NCBI GenBank assembly: GCA_036676985.1
Contig: JAKFBU010000026.1
Coordinates: 1-64,000, forward strand
Origin: Candidatus Sericytochromatia bacterium
Lineage (GTDB): Bacteria > Cyanobacteriota > Sericytochromatia > S15B-MN24 > UBA4093
Direction of reading: 5' to 3'
DNA: 64,000 bases
Shown: positions 1-9,138 of the stretch, piece after piece
Position numbering within the stretch: position 1 is the first letter of the stretch
Layout of the letters: each line of letters opens with the position of its first letter
Program-made: the position numbers and the translations under genes
Notes under the pieces: model-generated
Database searches by the model: none
Told to the model about the DNA's origin: nothing
What the model saw: the letters and a program-made list of their open reading frames with translations, nothing else

Positions 1-3
1 TAG

Positions 4-85
4 TGGGAGCGGCGGGACTTGAACCCGCAAGCCTTTTGGGCGAGCGATTTTAAGTCGCTTGCGTTTGCCATTTCGCCACGCTCCC
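4..85 (-). tRNA. tRNA-Leu (anticodon UAA), no intron, CCA not encoded
   Basis: Reverse complement has a GGGAGCG/CGCTCCC acceptor stem, D-arm GGCGAAATGGCAAACGC, anticodon arm AGCGA-CTTAAAA-TCGCT, a long variable arm and T-arm GCGGG-TTCAAGT-CCCGC; the 3' end reads A-CTA. Confidence 0.95.
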
Positions 86-406
86 CTACAGGTCGCGGTC
101 GGAGTCGGAGATGAAGCGGATCGGCTGCTCGCCGGCGCGGGCCATCCCCAGGTTCTTGCGCGCGAGCCGCTCCACGCCCTGCGGGGACTTGGCGTACTCG
201 ATCGCCTCGCGCAGCGTGCGCGCCTTCTCGTCGGTCACCTGGGACTCCGCGCGGAGCACCCGGCCCTGATACAGCAGACGATACTCCTGGATCAGGAGGT
301 GACCGAGGCTCACGCTAGCATAGACCACGCCGATCCATAACAGCAAGCGAGTCGAGCGACTCCCTTCGGATCGGGTGAGCGGTGCGGTTGCTTTGCGCTT
401 GGCCAC
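86..406 (-). CDS. ftsB: Septum formation initiator FtsB/DivIC family
   Basis: Single N-terminal TM, coiled coil and ERLARKNLGMARAGE motif typical of DivIC/FtsB. Confidence 0.8.
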   Translation of the reverse strand: MAKRKATAPLTRSEGSRSTRLLLWIGVVYASVSLGHLLIQEYRLLYQGRVLRAESQVTDEKARTLREAIEYAKSPQGVERLARKNLGMARAGEQPIRFISDSDRDL

Positions 407-537
407 GAGGTTCTCCTGGCGCCGTCAACGGGATGCCCACGGGTCTGCCATGGTGACGGGCGGCGATCGCAGTATAGCCATGCGGGATGGCCGGATCAAC
501 GGATTCCGTCACAATTTCAGATCGTCGTCACCGGATC

Positions 538-2568
538 TTAACCGTTCGGCTGCCGTGCCTTCAGCTCCTCGAGCTTGCCCTCGCTGAACCGCTCGGTCGA
601 GGCCAGGTAGCCCGCCAGCCTCCGGATCCGCCGGATCGAGGCCTCCGGGGCCTCGCAGCGCGGGCAGTCCTCGGGGACGAGCCCCAGGTGGCCGCACGAT
701 CCGCAGTGATCCACCGGGAAGTTCACGGCCCCGTGCCCGAGGCCCGCCCGGGCCATCTGGTCCACCAGCTCCGCGAGCTCGTCGGGGTCGGCACCCGGCG
801 CCGCCCACTCGATGGACGTCAGGTGGCCGCCGTTGCACAGCTCGTGGTAGGGAGCCTCGAGCGCGATCTTGCGGGTGGCGCTCAGGCTGCAGTCCACCGG
901 CACGTTGAAGGCGCTGGTGTAGTAGGACCGATCCGTCACGCCGGCGACTACCCCGAAGTCCCGCCGATCCAGGAGCGGGAAGCGGCAAGCCGCGCGCTCG
1001 GACTGCTGGCCGTAGAGGACGACATTGAGATCCAGCTCGTCGCCGGCCTCCTGCACGAGCTGGCGCAGCTTCGAGACGATCGCCAGGCCGAGGTCCTGGG
1101 CCTCAGCGGAGTGGCCGTGATGCGCGCCCGTGAGCGCCACGAGCGTCTCGGAGAGGCCCACGAAGCCGAGGGCCAGCTGGCCGTGGCGCAGGGCGATGCC
1201 GATCTCGTCGTGGGGCTTGAGGTCGCTCGATCCGGCGTACAGCCCCTCGCCCATCAGGAAGGGCAGCTCGTGCGCCTTGAGCGTCGCGAGGCTCCGGTAG
1301 CGGTGGCCGAGCGCGCGCACGGCGAGTTGCACCTGACGCTCCAGGAGCGGCATGAAGTCCAGGCCGTCGCGCCGCGCCTTGAGGGCGACGCGCACCAAGT
1401 TGACGGTCACGGTCGCAAGCGCCCCGCGGCCCTCGGGGCCCACGGCCCCGTGGCGATCGCGCACCAGGCGCGCGCAGCCGCTGAGGTAGGCGACCTCGGA
1501 CGGATCCGCCTGGTTGTGCGGCGCATCGAGGAAGGCGAAGGTCGGCTGCATGCGGGTGCTCGCCACCTCCAGCGCCCGCCGCAACAGGTCGTGGTTGGGA
1601 TCGCCCGGCTGGGCGTTGACGCCCGAGCGGTGCATGAAGACCAGGTTGGGGTAGACGGCGGGCTCGCCGCGGCCGAGGCCCCGCTCGTAGGCGTTCAGGA
1701 GGGCGTGGGCCACCCGGCGGGCCATGGGGCCCGGGTCCAGCCCGATAGAGATGGTCGAATAGGGGATCTGGCCGCCCGTGCGGCTGTGCAGCATGTTGAG
1801 GTTGTAGATCAGGCCTTCCATCGCCTGGTCGAGCTCGGTCTCCTCCGTCTCCTCGGGCAGCACGGCCGCCAGCGCGGAGTCGAAGCGGGCGAAGGCCTGG
1901 CCGCCGAAGCAGTCGTTCTGCGCGGCCTGGAGGGCGATCGCGGCCAGGGAGGCCGCGGTGTGCGCGCGCTTGGGCGGCCGGACCATGCCGTGCTCGGTCC
2001 GGTAGCCCTCCTTGAGCAGCCGATCGAGCGGCACCACAAAGGAGTTGGGGGCCTTGGCGTAGTGCTCGAGGTCCTGGATGTGCAGGTCGCCTCTGAGGTG
2101 CGCGTCCGCCATCTCCTCGGGGATGAGGCGCTTGAGGTAGAACTCCTTGCTCGCCGTGGCGCCGATCCGGAGCATCTTCTCGCTCGGCGAGCAGGGCGTG
2201 AAGGACGCGTCGCGCTCGACCTCGCTCAGGATCTCCTCGACGGCGTCCATGAGCTCGGTCTTGGCCTCGCGGATCCGGCTGCGCCGGGCGCGGTACAGGA
2301 TGAAGGCCTTGGCGATCCGCGCATGGCCGCCCTCCAGGAGCACCCGCTCGATGCTGTCCTGGATGAGCTCGACGCTCGGCAGGCCGTGCGCGGCATGGGC
2401 CGCCACCTCGGCGACCACCTTTTCCGCGAGCTCCTCGGCCAGGGACGCGTGCGCCCCGTGGACGGCCTGGGTGGCCTTCATGAGGGCCTGCACGATCTTG
2501 TGGCGGTCGAAGGCGACAATGCGGCCGTCGCGCTTCTTGATTTGTTCCAAGGAGCCTGAAGCGAGCAT
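538..2568 (-). CDS. nrdD: Class III (anaerobic) ribonucleoside-triphosphate reductase NrdD, divergent
   Basis: N-terminal ATP cone (IKKRDGRIVAFD), HSRTGGQIPYS, CxxC..CxxC Zn site and glycyl-radical loop RRLAGYL; start set at ATG 2568 just after nrdR. Confidence 0.85.
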   Translation of the reverse strand: MLASGSLEQIKKRDGRIVAFDRHKIVQALMKATQAVHGAHASLAEELAEKVVAEVAAHAAHGLPSVELIQDSIERVLLEGGHARIAKAFILYRARRSRIREAKTELMDAVEEILSEVERDASFTPCSPSEKMLRIGATASKEFYLKRLIPEEMADAHLRGDLHIQDLEHYAKAPNSFVVPLDRLLKEGYRTEHGMVRPPKRAHTAASLAAIALQAAQNDCFGGQAFARFDSALAAVLPEETEETELDQAMEGLIYNLNMLHSRTGGQIPYSTISIGLDPGPMARRVAHALLNAYERGLGRGEPAVYPNLVFMHRSGVNAQPGDPNHDLLRRALEVASTRMQPTFAFLDAPHNQADPSEVAYLSGCARLVRDRHGAVGPEGRGALATVTVNLVRVALKARRDGLDFMPLLERQVQLAVRALGHRYRSLATLKAHELPFLMGEGLYAGSSDLKPHDEIGIALRHGQLALGFVGLSETLVALTGAHHGHSAEAQDLGLAIVSKLRQLVQEAGDELDLNVVLYGQQSERAACRFPLLDRRDFGVVAGVTDRSYYTSAFNVPVDCSLSATRKIALEAPYHELCNGGHLTSIEWAAPGADPDELAELVDQMARAGLGHGAVNFPVDHCGSCGHLGLVPEDCPRCEAPEASIRRIRRLAGYLASTERFSEGKLEELKARQPNG

Positions 2569-2582
2569 AGGGGTCCTCGTGA

Positions 2583-3044
2583 TTAGAGGGAGTGGGCGGT
2601 TTGCAGGGAGGTGAGCTCTCGCACGAAGTCCTCGATGCTCGAGAACTGGCGGTAGACCGAGGCGAAGCGCACGTAGGCCACCTCGTCCAGCACGCGCAGG
2701 CGCGCGAGCGTCAGGGCACCGATCTCGGTCGAGGGCGCCTCGCGGGGGTGGCGACGGCTCAGCTCGGCCTCGATCTCGGTGACGATGTCCTCGATCTGGG
2801 CGGCCGAGACCCGGCACTTGACGCAGGCGCGCATGAGGCCGGTGGCGAGCTTGCGGGGATCGAAGGGCTCGCGGCTGCCGTCGCGCTTGACGACCATCAG
2901 GGGCACGGTCTCCACCCGTTCGTAGGTGGTGAAGCGCCGGGCGCACTGGTTGCACTCCCGGCGGCGGCGCAGGCAGGTGTCGTCCTCGATCTGACGACTT
3001 TCCAGCACCCGGCTGTCGGACGAGTTGCAAAGGGGGCAGCGCAT
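2583..3044 (-). CDS. nrdR: Transcriptional repressor NrdR
   Basis: MRCPLC..RRRRECxxCxxRFTTYE Zn ribbon, ATP cone, VAYVRFASVYRQF. Confidence 0.97.
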   Translation of the reverse strand: MRCPLCNSSDSRVLESRQIEDDTCLRRRRECNQCARRFTTYERVETVPLMVVKRDGSREPFDPRKLATGLMRACVKCRVSAAQIEDIVTEIEAELSRRHPREAPSTEIGALTLARLRVLDEVAYVRFASVYRQFSSIEDFVRELTSLQTAHSL

Positions 3045-3242
3045 CGAAAACTCCTAAGAGCGGCCGATCACCTCGCACGCTGGGCATGGCCGGGTGCTCT
3101 GTGGGCCGTGTTGCCTCCATTCTAGCCGCTCGATCGCTCACATGTCGAGGAAAAGACCCCAAGCTTTTCGGCGGCCGTACCGATTGCCGCACGGGCGTTT
3201 CCTTGTAGGATGGCCTCGCCCGATTCGACGAAGGAGGCCTCC

Positions 3243-3755
3243 ATGCGTCCGGGATCCTCACCCTACGACAGCCTGACCGTCTACCTGCTCGCCCTGTGCA
3301 CGGTCCTCGCGGATCAGTTCGCCAAGGCCGGCGTGGTCGCGGCCCTTCCGCTCGGCCAGTCCCATCCCGTCGTCCCCGGCTGGTTGCACCTCACCTACGT
3401 CCAGAATTTCGGGGCCGCCTTCAGCCTGCTCTGGGGAAAGGGCATCCTCTTGAGCGGGGTGGCGGTGCTCGTGGTCCTCGGGGTGGTCGGCTACCAGTGG
3501 ATCGCGCGGCCTCGGGACCTCCGGGTGGTCCTGAGCCTCGGCCTGCTCTTGGGCGGGGCGGTCGGCAACCTCATCGACCGGGTCGCCCTCGGCTACGTCC
3601 GCGACATGGTCGACGTGCGCGTCGCCGGACAGAACGTCTGGCCCATCTTCAACCTCGCCGACATGGCGATCATGCTCAGCGCGGGCCTCATGATCCTGCA
3701 TGCCCTCACGGAGGGGCGGAGCCGCTCGGCCAGAGAAAATTTTCGGTCATTCTGA
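3243..3755 (+). CDS. lspA: Lipoprotein signal peptidase II (copy 1)
   Basis: QNFGAAFS, GGAVGNLIDR, VRDM and FNLAD motifs; AAGGAGG RBS before ATG 3243. Confidence 0.92.
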   Translation: MRPGSSPYDSLTVYLLALCTVLADQFAKAGVVAALPLGQSHPVVPGWLHLTYVQNFGAAFSLLWGKGILLSGVAVLVVLGVVGYQWIARPRDLRVVLSLGLLLGGAVGNLIDRVALGYVRDMVDVRVAGQNVWPIFNLADMAIMLSAGLMILHALTEGRSRSARENFRSF

Positions 3756-3833
3756 CCACCCGCCCCGCGCGCGCCGGGCCCTAGCATGGGGTCAGCCAAA
3801 GACGGCGCCGAGCATCAGGGATGGGAGGGTTCG

Positions 3834-5054
3834 ATGGGGAAGACAGCCCTGGTCCTGAGCGGGGGAGGCATCAAGGGGGCCTACGAGGCGGGCGTGATCC
3901 GCGCGCTGGCCGAGGCGGGGATCGTCCCGGACGTGATCGTGGGCATCTCCGCGGGGGCCCTCAACGGCGCCTACGTGACCAACCTCATCACCGAGGGGAA
4001 CTTCACGCCCGAAAAGCTCGACGACCTGCTCATCGACCTGTGGACCAACCGCGCGACCCTGGAGGACTTCTTCTACACGGCCGCGGGCGAGTTCGCCCCG
4101 GGGAGCCTCGGGGAGTCGTCGGTCCAGCGGATCTTCCACCGGATCGGGATCGATCCCTTCAAGAAGATCTCCTGGCTCAAGCTCGGCTTCGACTCCCTGC
4201 TGGCCTTCCGGGAGCTGGCGCTCGGTCGCTTCACGTCGATCTTCTCGCACGGCTTCCTGCGCGAGATGCTCACGACCTACCTGCGCCCGCCCGAGCGGGT
4301 GGTGCGGCCCGTGACCTTCTCCATCGCCGTCTCGGACCTCTTGGGCACCACCACCCTCGAGAACAACACCATCTCCGCCCGGCACTGCCACTACGAGACC
4401 TTCCACCTGCACGAGGGCATGTCGGCCGACGAGTGCAACACCCAGTACGACTGGATGCGCACCCTCATCACGGCGTCTTGCAGCGTGCCGATGGTCTTTC
4501 CGGCCACCAAGATGCACCTGCACGGCAAGGAGCGCCCGGGGCTCTACCTGGACGGGGGCATGGTCGAGAATTCGCCCATCACCCAGGCCTTCGAGCTCGA
4601 TCCCGAGGTGGACACGGTGATCGTCGTCATGGCGGCGACGGTGGTCGGCGAGCCCTCGCGCGAGCCCACCACGTACCTCCAGCTGATCGGGCGGGTGTTC
4701 TCCATCATCGCGGGCCGCTACTTGATCCAGAACTTCACGGACGTGAGCCGCGTCAACGAGCGCATCCTCGCCATGCGCGAGGTCCTGGACCGCGACCTGG
4801 ACGGCCAGATCATGCGCACGCCCCGCAACGAGCTCCTGTGCCGGGCGGCGGGGTTCCAGGACGTGGAGACCTTCCTCAAGCGCCGCTACATCCGCCTGGT
4901 GCCCATCGGGCCCACTGAGCCCCTGCCCGGCGGCATCTTCTCGGCCATGTTCTATCCGGAGCTCAAGCGGACCTACCTGGATCGCGGGATGGCCGACGGT
5001 CGCCAGGCGATCGCCGCCATGGTCGAGGACCGCCCCGCCGTTCCGCAGGTCTGA
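3834..5054 (+). CDS. Patatin-like phospholipase
   Basis: LSGGGIKG oxyanion loop, GISAG nucleophile elbow, LDGG catalytic Asp. Confidence 0.9.
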   Translation: MGKTALVLSGGGIKGAYEAGVIRALAEAGIVPDVIVGISAGALNGAYVTNLITEGNFTPEKLDDLLIDLWTNRATLEDFFYTAAGEFAPGSLGESSVQRIFHRIGIDPFKKISWLKLGFDSLLAFRELALGRFTSIFSHGFLREMLTTYLRPPERVVRPVTFSIAVSDLLGTTTLENNTISARHCHYETFHLHEGMSADECNTQYDWMRTLITASCSVPMVFPATKMHLHGKERPGLYLDGGMVENSPITQAFELDPEVDTVIVVMAATVVGEPSREPTTYLQLIGRVFSIIAGRYLIQNFTDVSRVNERILAMREVLDRDLDGQIMRTPRNELLCRAAGFQDVETFLKRRYIRLVPIGPTEPLPGGIFSAMFYPELKRTYLDRGMADGRQAIAAMVEDRPAVPQV

Positions 5055-5090
5055 AAGCGCGCGGGGAGGGGCCATGCCCTCCCCTTAGCG

Positions 5091-5630
5091 TTAGCCCGCG
5101 TAGTGGTAGCGGAAGACCACCGCGCCGGAGCCCGAGCCCGCCTCGGGCGTGAGCCGCATGGTGCCCGGATCGAGGCGCTCGATCCGGAGGGTGGCGAGGC
5201 CATCGGGCGTGCGCACGGTGTAGCGCGCGCCGGGCGTGAGGGGCAGCGGCCCCTGCTGGTAGGTGGTGGCCGCCTGGGGGGCGATGCCGCGATCGCTGCC
5301 GGCCTGGGTGTTGACCGTCACGTAGAACGTGTCGCCGTTGTAGAAGAAGGAGACGTCGCCGCGCGGGCCCATGCCGTCGTCGATGGGCCGGAAGCTGCCC
5401 GTCCGGAACTCGAAGCGGTCCGAGTGGAGCGGATAGCGCGGGTTGCGGTAGGTGATGGGGGCCGTTGCGAGCTGGGAGTCGGCCTCGGGCAGCTGGGCGG
5501 CCGCCGCGGGCGGGGCCTGCACCGTCCGGAGCGCGGCCGAGGGCGTGGTGGCGCCGGCAGGCGGCGTGCCGCAGCCTGCAAGACCCGCCACCAGAGCGGC
5601 CACACCCATCATCCCTATGACTCGACGCAT
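5091..5630 (-). CDS. Hypothetical lipoprotein
   Basis: Signal peptide with lipobox LAGC, Pro/Ala linker, beta-rich domain. Confidence 0.7.
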   Translation of the reverse strand: MRRVIGMMGVAALVAGLAGCGTPPAGATTPSAALRTVQAPPAAAAQLPEADSQLATAPITYRNPRYPLHSDRFEFRTGSFRPIDDGMGPRGDVSFFYNGDTFYVTVNTQAGSDRGIAPQAATTYQQGPLPLTPGARYTVRTPDGLATLRIERLDPGTMRLTPEAGSGSGAVVFRYHYAG

Positions 5631-5788
5631 CCTGGTACCATCCTTTACATGACGAGAGCCGGAGACCTTGGCTCGTTGCGACCGCTATTCGGCATTGCAT
5701 GCCGTTTTGAACCGGTCGGTGCTACTGAACGTAAACAAACGTAACAAGAGTGTTGCGAGATGTAAACAAAGGAGCGGCGGAAAAAACC

Positions 5789-6283
5789 ATGAAGCTCGAG
5801 TTTGCGGGGCCCCTGCGGCCCATCGATCAAGGCGCCATCGGAAAGGCCCGGGAGCTCGCCGGGGTTTCCCCGCGCCATCGCGCCATCGTGCGCTACCACG
5901 ATCACGCGGAGCCGGTGCAGCGCATGCTCAACGCCGTGGAGCCCGCCTCGTACGTGCGGCCCCACCGCCATGCCGATCCCGCCAAGCTCGAGGTCTTCCT
6001 CGCGCTCCAGGGCCGCGCCCTGGTGCTCACCTTCGACGACGCGGGGGCGGTGACGTCCTTCCAGGAGATCGCGGCCGCGGGGCCGTGCTGGGGCGTCGAG
6101 ATCCCGGCCGGGACCTGGCACAGCCTGGTCTCCCTGGAGCCCGGCACCACCCTCTACGAGCTCATCGAGGGGGCGTTCGAGCCGGCGAGCCACAAGGACT
6201 ACGCTCCCTGGGCGCCCGCCGAGGGCTCCGAGGAGGGCGCGCGCTTCCTCGCGGCGCTCCGGTCCCGCCTGCTCGGCGAGTGA
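5789..6283 (+). CDS. WbuC-family cupin-fold metalloprotein
   Basis: SPRHR..H..EPVQRMLNA..P.SYVRPHRH..K.E and IPAGTWHSLV cupin motifs. Confidence 0.85.
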   Translation: MKLEFAGPLRPIDQGAIGKARELAGVSPRHRAIVRYHDHAEPVQRMLNAVEPASYVRPHRHADPAKLEVFLALQGRALVLTFDDAGAVTSFQEIAAAGPCWGVEIPAGTWHSLVSLEPGTTLYELIEGAFEPASHKDYAPWAPAEGSEEGARFLAALRSRLLGE

Positions 6284-6367
6284 TATACTCGTAGCACCGG
6301 GAGCCGTGGCCTTCGGCCGTGAGGGCCGCGCTGTCGGGAGGACGCGCTTCGCGCAGAGGGCACAGCC

Positions 6368-6808
6368 ATGCAGCCGGTCGTCTCTTCCCCGCGCCGCCTC
6401 TACCGCTCCGCCAACGATCGGATCCTGTCGGGCCTGTCGGGAGGCGTGGCGGAGTACTTCGGCATGGACGCGGCCTGGGTGCGCCTGGGCCTCGTGGTGC
6501 TCGTGCTCCTGGGAGTGGGGGCGCCCATCCTGATCTACCTCCTGGGCTGGCTGATCATCCCCCAGAATCCACGCCCGAGCGACCTGAGCCGGGACCGCCT
6601 GCACCGCTCCCAGGCCGACCGCATGATCGCGGGCGTCTGCGGGGGCCTGGCGGAGACGGTGGGCGCGGATCCGTCCCTGATCCGCATCATCGCGGCCGTT
6701 CTGCTCATCACGGGCGGCCTCGCCGTTCCCTTCTACCTCATCGCCTGGCTCATCCTGCCGTCGCGGGCTGCCGCGGAGCCTCCGCACCTCCTGCCGGACC
6801 GGATGTGA
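6368..6808 (+). CDS. PspC-domain protein with two tandem PspC domains
   Basis: LYRSANDRILSGLSGGVAEYFG and LHRSQADRMIAGVCGGLAE, each followed by YL..WLI.P. Confidence 0.88.
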   Translation: MQPVVSSPRRLYRSANDRILSGLSGGVAEYFGMDAAWVRLGLVVLVLLGVGAPILIYLLGWLIIPQNPRPSDLSRDRLHRSQADRMIAGVCGGLAETVGADPSLIRIIAAVLLITGGLAVPFYLIAWLILPSRAAAEPPHLLPDRM

Positions 6809-6968
6809 CCGACTTCGCTGCGCTCCGTCGCCGGTTGGGTATGATGACAAGGGCGCCTAACGAAACGGTTCCTTTTAGCCGCCGCTAGGCGGCCACAGGC
6901 GACCCATGCCTGGTTTTGTTAGGTGTTCTTTGGCTTACCCGTTGTCTCCCGAGGAGTCGTGCGTAGTG

Positions 6969-7313
6969 ATGACGGACCGTTCGCTGCCCGAGCCGGCCAC
7001 CATGGCTTGGCAGGACAAGCCGATCGCCACCCGGGACGCCCGCAAGGGCCGTCAGCCGGGCCTCTTGGCGTTCCTCGAGCGGGTGCGGCAGCTGCCCTAC
7101 GTCACGGCCATCGACACGGAGGCCTTCTATCCCGGCCTGGTGGTGGACACCGAGTTCGCCGCCGTCCCGGGCGATCCCGCCGGCGTGGAGGGGTGGTTCA
7201 CGGCCTTCGACGAGCAGAGCACCACGCGCTTCCGCGTGACGACCACCGCCCGCACCGTGGGCGAGCAGCAGGCCGTCCTGCGGGACCTCCGGAGTCACCT
7301 GCTCGGCAGGTAG
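6969..7313 (+). CDS. Hypothetical protein
   Basis: High-GC3 ORF directly upstream of the DUF1343 gene; start uncertain (6906, 6969 or 7002). Confidence 0.6.
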   Translation: MTDRSLPEPATMAWQDKPIATRDARKGRQPGLLAFLERVRQLPYVTAIDTEAFYPGLVVDTEFAAVPGDPAGVEGWFTAFDEQSTTRFRVTTTARTVGEQQAVLRDLRSHLLGR

Positions 7314-7362
7314 GATTCCTCCGGCCGCGGGCATAATCTCCCAGCGCCCGAGAGGAGGTCCC

Positions 7363-8553
7363 ATGAAGTCCCTGAGACGTATGGCCGGTATGCTGCTGGT
7401 CGCCTGCGCCCTCGCGAGTCCCGCCCTGGCCCAGTCCAAGCCGCTGCCGCCGGTCAAGCCCGGCATCGACGTCTTCATGGAGCACCCGCCCGAGCCGGTG
7501 CTGGGCAAGCGGGTCGGCCTCATCACCAACCGCAGCGCCGTGGACGCCCGGGGCGTGAGCGACATCGATCGCCTGCATGGCGACTCCCGCTTCAAGCTCG
7601 TCAAGCTGTTCGCCCCCGAGCATGGCCTCCGCGCCGATCGCCAGGGGCACATCGTGGACGGCAAGGACTCGGTGACGGGCCTGCCGGTGGTCAGCCTTTA
7701 CGGGCCCGTGAAGAAGCCCACCCCCCAGATGCTCGAGGGCGTCGAGGCCCTGGTGTTCGACATTCAGGACGTGGGCGCGCGTTTCTACACGTATCAGTCG
7801 ACCATGGCGCTCGCCATGCAGGCCGCCCGCGACGCCAAGATCCCCTTTGTGGTGCTGGACCGGCCCAACCCCATCAACGGCCGGGCCGTGGAGGGCGCGG
7901 TGCTCGATCCGAAGCTCGCGTCGTTCGTGGGCTACTACCCCATCCCGGTGCGGCACGGCATGACCCTGGGCGAGCTGGCGCGCCTCTACAACTCGGCGTT
8001 CGGCATCCAGGCGGCCTTGACGGTGGTGCCCGCGGCCGGCTGGCGCCGGAGCATGTGGTACGACCAGACGGCCCTGGCGTGGGTGAACCCTTCGCCTGCC
8101 ATGAAGACGCCCGTCACGGCCATGCTCTACCCGGGCATCTGCTTCTTCGAGGCGACCAACATCGACTGCCGGGTGGGCGATCGCCCCTTCGAGCGGATCG
8201 GTGCCAAGTTCATCAAGGGCGCCGAGTACGCCGCCGCCCTCAATGCCCGGGAGCTGCCGGGCGTGCGCTTCGTGGCCTTCACGCAGGGGGCCGTCTCGGG
8301 CGTGGAGGTCCAGGTGACGGACCGCGAGGCCTTCGAGGCGGTGCGCACGGGCCTCACGATGGTCTCCGAGGCGCTCCGGCTGTACCAGGACAAGGTGCGG
8401 ATCGAAAGCCGGGGCTTCGACCAGATGGCGGGTGCCACCTGGATCCGGGAGCGGCTCCTGTCGGGCGAGGACCCGGACGCGGTGGCGGCCTCGTGGTCCG
8501 CGGGCGTCGAGGACTTCGAGCGGCTGCGGCTGCCGTACCTGCTGTATCGCTAG
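7363..8553 (+). CDS. Exo-beta-N-acetylmuramidase NamZ (DUF1343), exported
   Basis: Signal peptide; RVGLITN, LFAPEHG, DIQDVGARFYTY, LDRPNP, RHGMTLGELA motifs. Confidence 0.92.
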   Translation: MKSLRRMAGMLLVACALASPALAQSKPLPPVKPGIDVFMEHPPEPVLGKRVGLITNRSAVDARGVSDIDRLHGDSRFKLVKLFAPEHGLRADRQGHIVDGKDSVTGLPVVSLYGPVKKPTPQMLEGVEALVFDIQDVGARFYTYQSTMALAMQAARDAKIPFVVLDRPNPINGRAVEGAVLDPKLASFVGYYPIPVRHGMTLGELARLYNSAFGIQAALTVVPAAGWRRSMWYDQTALAWVNPSPAMKTPVTAMLYPGICFFEATNIDCRVGDRPFERIGAKFIKGAEYAAALNARELPGVRFVAFTQGAVSGVEVQVTDREAFEAVRTGLTMVSEALRLYQDKVRIESRGFDQMAGATWIRERLLSGEDPDAVAASWSAGVEDFERLRLPYLLYR

Positions 8554-8608
8554 TTCCCGAACGAACGGCCCCCCTGCCAAGCAGGGGGGCCGTTCGTTCG
8601 GGAACTAG
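8550..8608. repeat. Perfect 28-bp inverted repeat with 3-nt loop between convergent genes; bidirectional terminator or palindromic insertion
   Basis: CTAGTTCCCGAACGAACGGCCCCCCTGC-caa-GCAGGGGGGCCGTTCGTTCGGGAACTAG; both stop codons lie in the terminal CTAGs. Confidence 0.9.
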
Positions 8609-8967
8609 TGGTGCGCCGCGGTCTCGGCCCACTTGATCTTGGCGAGGGGGCCGTAGCCGGGGTAGCCCTTGGCGGCATCGTCGAGGTAGAAGTAGCCCTC
8701 CAGGAGCTTGTACACGTGCTCGCGCTCGTAGCGGGACACGGTCGTGGCGGGCAGCTCGCGCCGGTCGGAGCGGTTGGCGTCCCAGGTCCAGAGGGGGCCG
8801 AAGCCAATCACCGGAGCCGGCACGCTCGGAGCCACCACGTGACGCTTGCAGTCGGCGGCGCGGCGATACTCCACCAGGTCGAGGCCGTCGGCGATGTTCT
8901 TCTTGAGGGTCGCTTCACAGCCGCAAGCCAGCCCGATCAACAGGGTTTGGGGGGTCTCGTGCTTCAT
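8605..8967 (-). CDS. Hypothetical protein (CGC...CxxH)
   Basis: 120-aa ORF with host-like codon use; no recognised family. Confidence 0.6.
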   Translation of the reverse strand: MKHETPQTLLIGLACGCEATLKKNIADGLDLVEYRRAADCKRHVVAPSVPAPVIGFGPLWTWDANRSDRRELPATTVSRYEREHVYKLLEGYFYLDDAAKGYPGYGPLAKIKWAETAAHH

Positions 8968-9138
8968 GATCGAATACTCTTTCTGAACTCCCCGGAACGG
9001 GGGTGCTCAGGCGCATGGGGAGGGGTCACCCCGCCATTATACGCCATGGACCGCCGTTTGCCGCCATGCGCCCGCCGCTCGGCGTGCGTTAGGTCTGGAG
9101 GCGGGCGGGTACAAGGCATCCGCGGAGGGGTTGCTTGA

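Noticed and set aside
4-85. Group I intron in tRNA-Leu(UAA), or an integrated element at this tRNA
   Set aside because: The anticodon loop is contiguous; there is no integrase or att duplicate in the window, and the 3' flank lies outside it.
487-2559. 690-aa + strand ORF and other long antisense ORFs (e.g. 9142-10908, 20601-22436, 25565-27406, 45026-46903, 56091-58181, 59377-61467)
   Set aside because: Shadow frames of real genes produced by high GC3; they carry no family motifs.
3045-3242. NrdR boxes upstream of nrdR-nrdD
   Set aside because: No acaCwAtATaTwGtg-like site is visible.
2569-3261. 907-aa version of NrdD with a long N-terminal extension
   Set aside because: The extension overlaps nrdR in another frame and is Arg/Pro-rich noise; the ATP cone begins at ATG 2568.
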